Assembly (NCBI GenBank): GCA_963836075.1
Contig: CAWIIB010000009.1
Location: 2,304,001 to 2,368,000 of the forward strand
Direction: 5' to 3'
Source of the DNA: an uncultured Acidobacteriota bacterium
GTDB taxonomy: Bacteria; Acidobacteriota; JAQAZP01
Length of the DNA: 64,000 nt
This document shows positions 62,660-64,000 of this stretch, piece by piece (position 1 is the stretch's first letter; each line of letters opens with the position of its first letter). The notes beneath the pieces are model-generated. The model did no database searches. It was not told where the DNA came from and saw only the letters and a program-made list of their open reading frames with translations. Made by a program: the position numbers and the translations under genes.

Positions 62660-63298
62660 ATGAAACGGAACACGAAGAGTAACGGAAGCCCCCAGGCAGA
62701 ATTCCTGGGCAGAGTTTTCTCCATGGCGTTGCCGCTGGTGGCCATCGGTCTACTGGTGGCGGTGTCGGTGGCCGCGGCCCAGGCCAAGGCCGACCCCGTG
62801 GTGAAGGACTACCAATTCCACACCAGCAGTAAGATGAATGGCCTGGAGCTGGTTGTGGGTACCCAGCTGATCCAGACCAAGAGCGATGCCGACATGCCCG
62901 ACTTCACACCGCTGCTCTTCTCGCTGATCAATCTCGATCACCGCGGGGTCACCGTGGAGCGGGACAGGATCAAGCTCACCGACCAGTACGGTACCGAACT
63001 GCCGCTGGCCACCCTCTCCGAGGTGCGCAAGGACTACAAGCGTTTTCGCCAGGACCGGCAGTTTTTCACGGTCACCAACTTCGGTGGACAGTTGGAGCGC
63101 ACCACCAGGATGGTGGCCACCAACTTCTTCCCCCTGCCGGGTGAGATCGGGATTTACCGGATCCAGGTGCCCCAGTGGGGCAAAATGTTTGATTTGCTCT
63201 ACTACAAGGGTACGCTCACCTCCGGTGAAACCTACAAGCTCACCGTCGATGTGAAGGAAGACGTCCCTGACCTCACCATCGAGTTCCAGGCTCCCTGA
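62660..63298 (+). CDS. Exported hypothetical protein
   Basis: Signal peptide (AAAQA), RBS GGAGG, genome-typical codons. Confidence 0.75.
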   Translation: MKRNTKSNGSPQAEFLGRVFSMALPLVAIGLLVAVSVAAAQAKADPVVKDYQFHTSSKMNGLELVVGTQLIQTKSDADMPDFTPLLFSLINLDHRGVTVERDRIKLTDQYGTELPLATLSEVRKDYKRFRQDRQFFTVTNFGGQLERTTRMVATNFFPLPGEIGIYRIQVPQWGKMFDLLYYKGTLTSGETYKLTVDVKEDVPDLTIEFQAP

Positions 63299-63411
63299 CC
63301 GGCGCCCCGGCCGATGGTGAACAACTGAATTTGGCAGTAACGCGGTGATGCGGCGGCTCTCGTATCCACACCCCCTCACGGGATGCCCGCCGCTGATCCG
63401 CGTTTTTTGTC

Positions 63412-63532
63412 AAAACGCCGGCTGAGGTCCAGGGGCTGCGTTATGCGCCGATGAATAATGCTCACTTACGACAGAGTAAGCTCCGCTTATTCATCGGCGC
63501 AAGCCTTGCCCCTGAACCACAGCCGGCGTTTT
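63412..63532. repeat. ERIC-like long imperfect palindrome (miniature element)
   Basis: AAAACGCCGGCTG...TGCGCCGATGAATAA / TTATTCATCGGCGCA...CAGCCGGCGTTTT; minus-strand core GCGGAGCTTAC-TCTGTC-GTAAGTGAGCATT. Confidence 0.75.
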
Positions 63533-63552
63533 AAAAACTTCTGAAAAATATT

Positions 63553-63600
63553 GAGCACCGGGGACGGGTACAACCCGTCCCCGGTGCTCTTTTTCTTTCT
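63553..63600 (+). terminator. Strong intrinsic terminator
   Basis: 16-bp perfect stem GAGCACCGGGGACGGG-TACAA-CCCGTCCCCGGTGCTC followed by a T-rich tract. Confidence 0.85.
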
Positions 63601-63647
63601 TCTTCTTGTTCTTTTTCCTGTTCGTGAACCCAGTCAGGTTGGGTGGA

Positions 63648-63772
63648 GGAAAACCCTTCTATTTGGTCGCTGGCGAGGCGCAAGCCGAGGCAAAAGCGCA
63701 GCATACATTGTGGTATGTGAGCATTTTAACGAGGTTTGCAACAACGCCAGCGACCAAATAGAAGGGTTTTCC
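63648..63772. repeat. Second ERIC-like long palindrome
   Basis: 28-bp terminal IR GGAAAACCCTTCTATTTGGTCGCTGGCG; core GCGCAGCATAC-ATTGTG-GTATGTGAGCATT. Confidence 0.75.
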
Positions 63773-63774
63773 CC

Positions 63775-64000
63775 CTATTCCCATTCGATGGTGGAGGGCG
63801 GCTTGGAGGTCACGTCGATGGCCAGGCCCGACACTTCGGGGAATGCCTTCACGGCCTGGCGCAGTTCGTCGATCAGCGCGTCGGGCAGCGGGGAGGGGGC
63901 GGCGGTCATGCCCCGTTCGGAGAGGATTGGCCGCACCACGGCCAGCTCGCTGCCCTTGGAGTTGATGGCCAGCGGGACCAGCACGGTGGGGCACTGCCAG
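63775..64000 (-). CDS. guaA: GMP synthase C-terminus (truncated by window edge)
   Basis: C-terminal signature DVTSKPPSTIEWE. Confidence 0.85.
   Translation of the reverse strand, partial: WQCPTVLVPLAINSKGSELAVVRPILSERGMTAAPSPLPDALIDELRQAVKAFPEVSGLAIDVTSKPPSTIEWE

Overview
GC-rich bacterial chromosomal segment. The gene content (bacillithiol genes, asnS-rimO-pgpA-ribF, sigma-54 promoters, type IV minor pilins, many exported proteins) suggests a diderm such as an Acidobacteriota or deltaproteobacteria-like lineage; this is inference only. About 46 CDSs cover housekeeping and metabolism (fabD, fused homoaconitase, asnS, rimO, pgpA, ribF, rocD, guaA), a bshC-bshB1-bshA operon led by a methyltransferase, envelope and glycosylation genes, signalling genes and a three-gene pilin cluster with one giant pilin. 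I found no rRNA, complete tRNA, CRISPR array or intact mobile element. Best signal: the ORF track splits one DUF1573 gene (60693-62090, minus) at an in-frame TGA that aligns with Cys in the adjacent paralogue and is followed by a bacterial SECIS-like hairpin, making it a predicted exported selenoprotein. Other notable items: a shared ~115-aa C-terminal domain on two unrelated secreted proteins, a candidate N-methyl-bacillithiol pathway, a promoter-leader-terminator arrangement upstream of rocD, and two ERIC-like hairpin elements. A cluster of indels in asnS and rimO is most likely sequencing error. All family assignments come from motif recognition by eye, with no database search.
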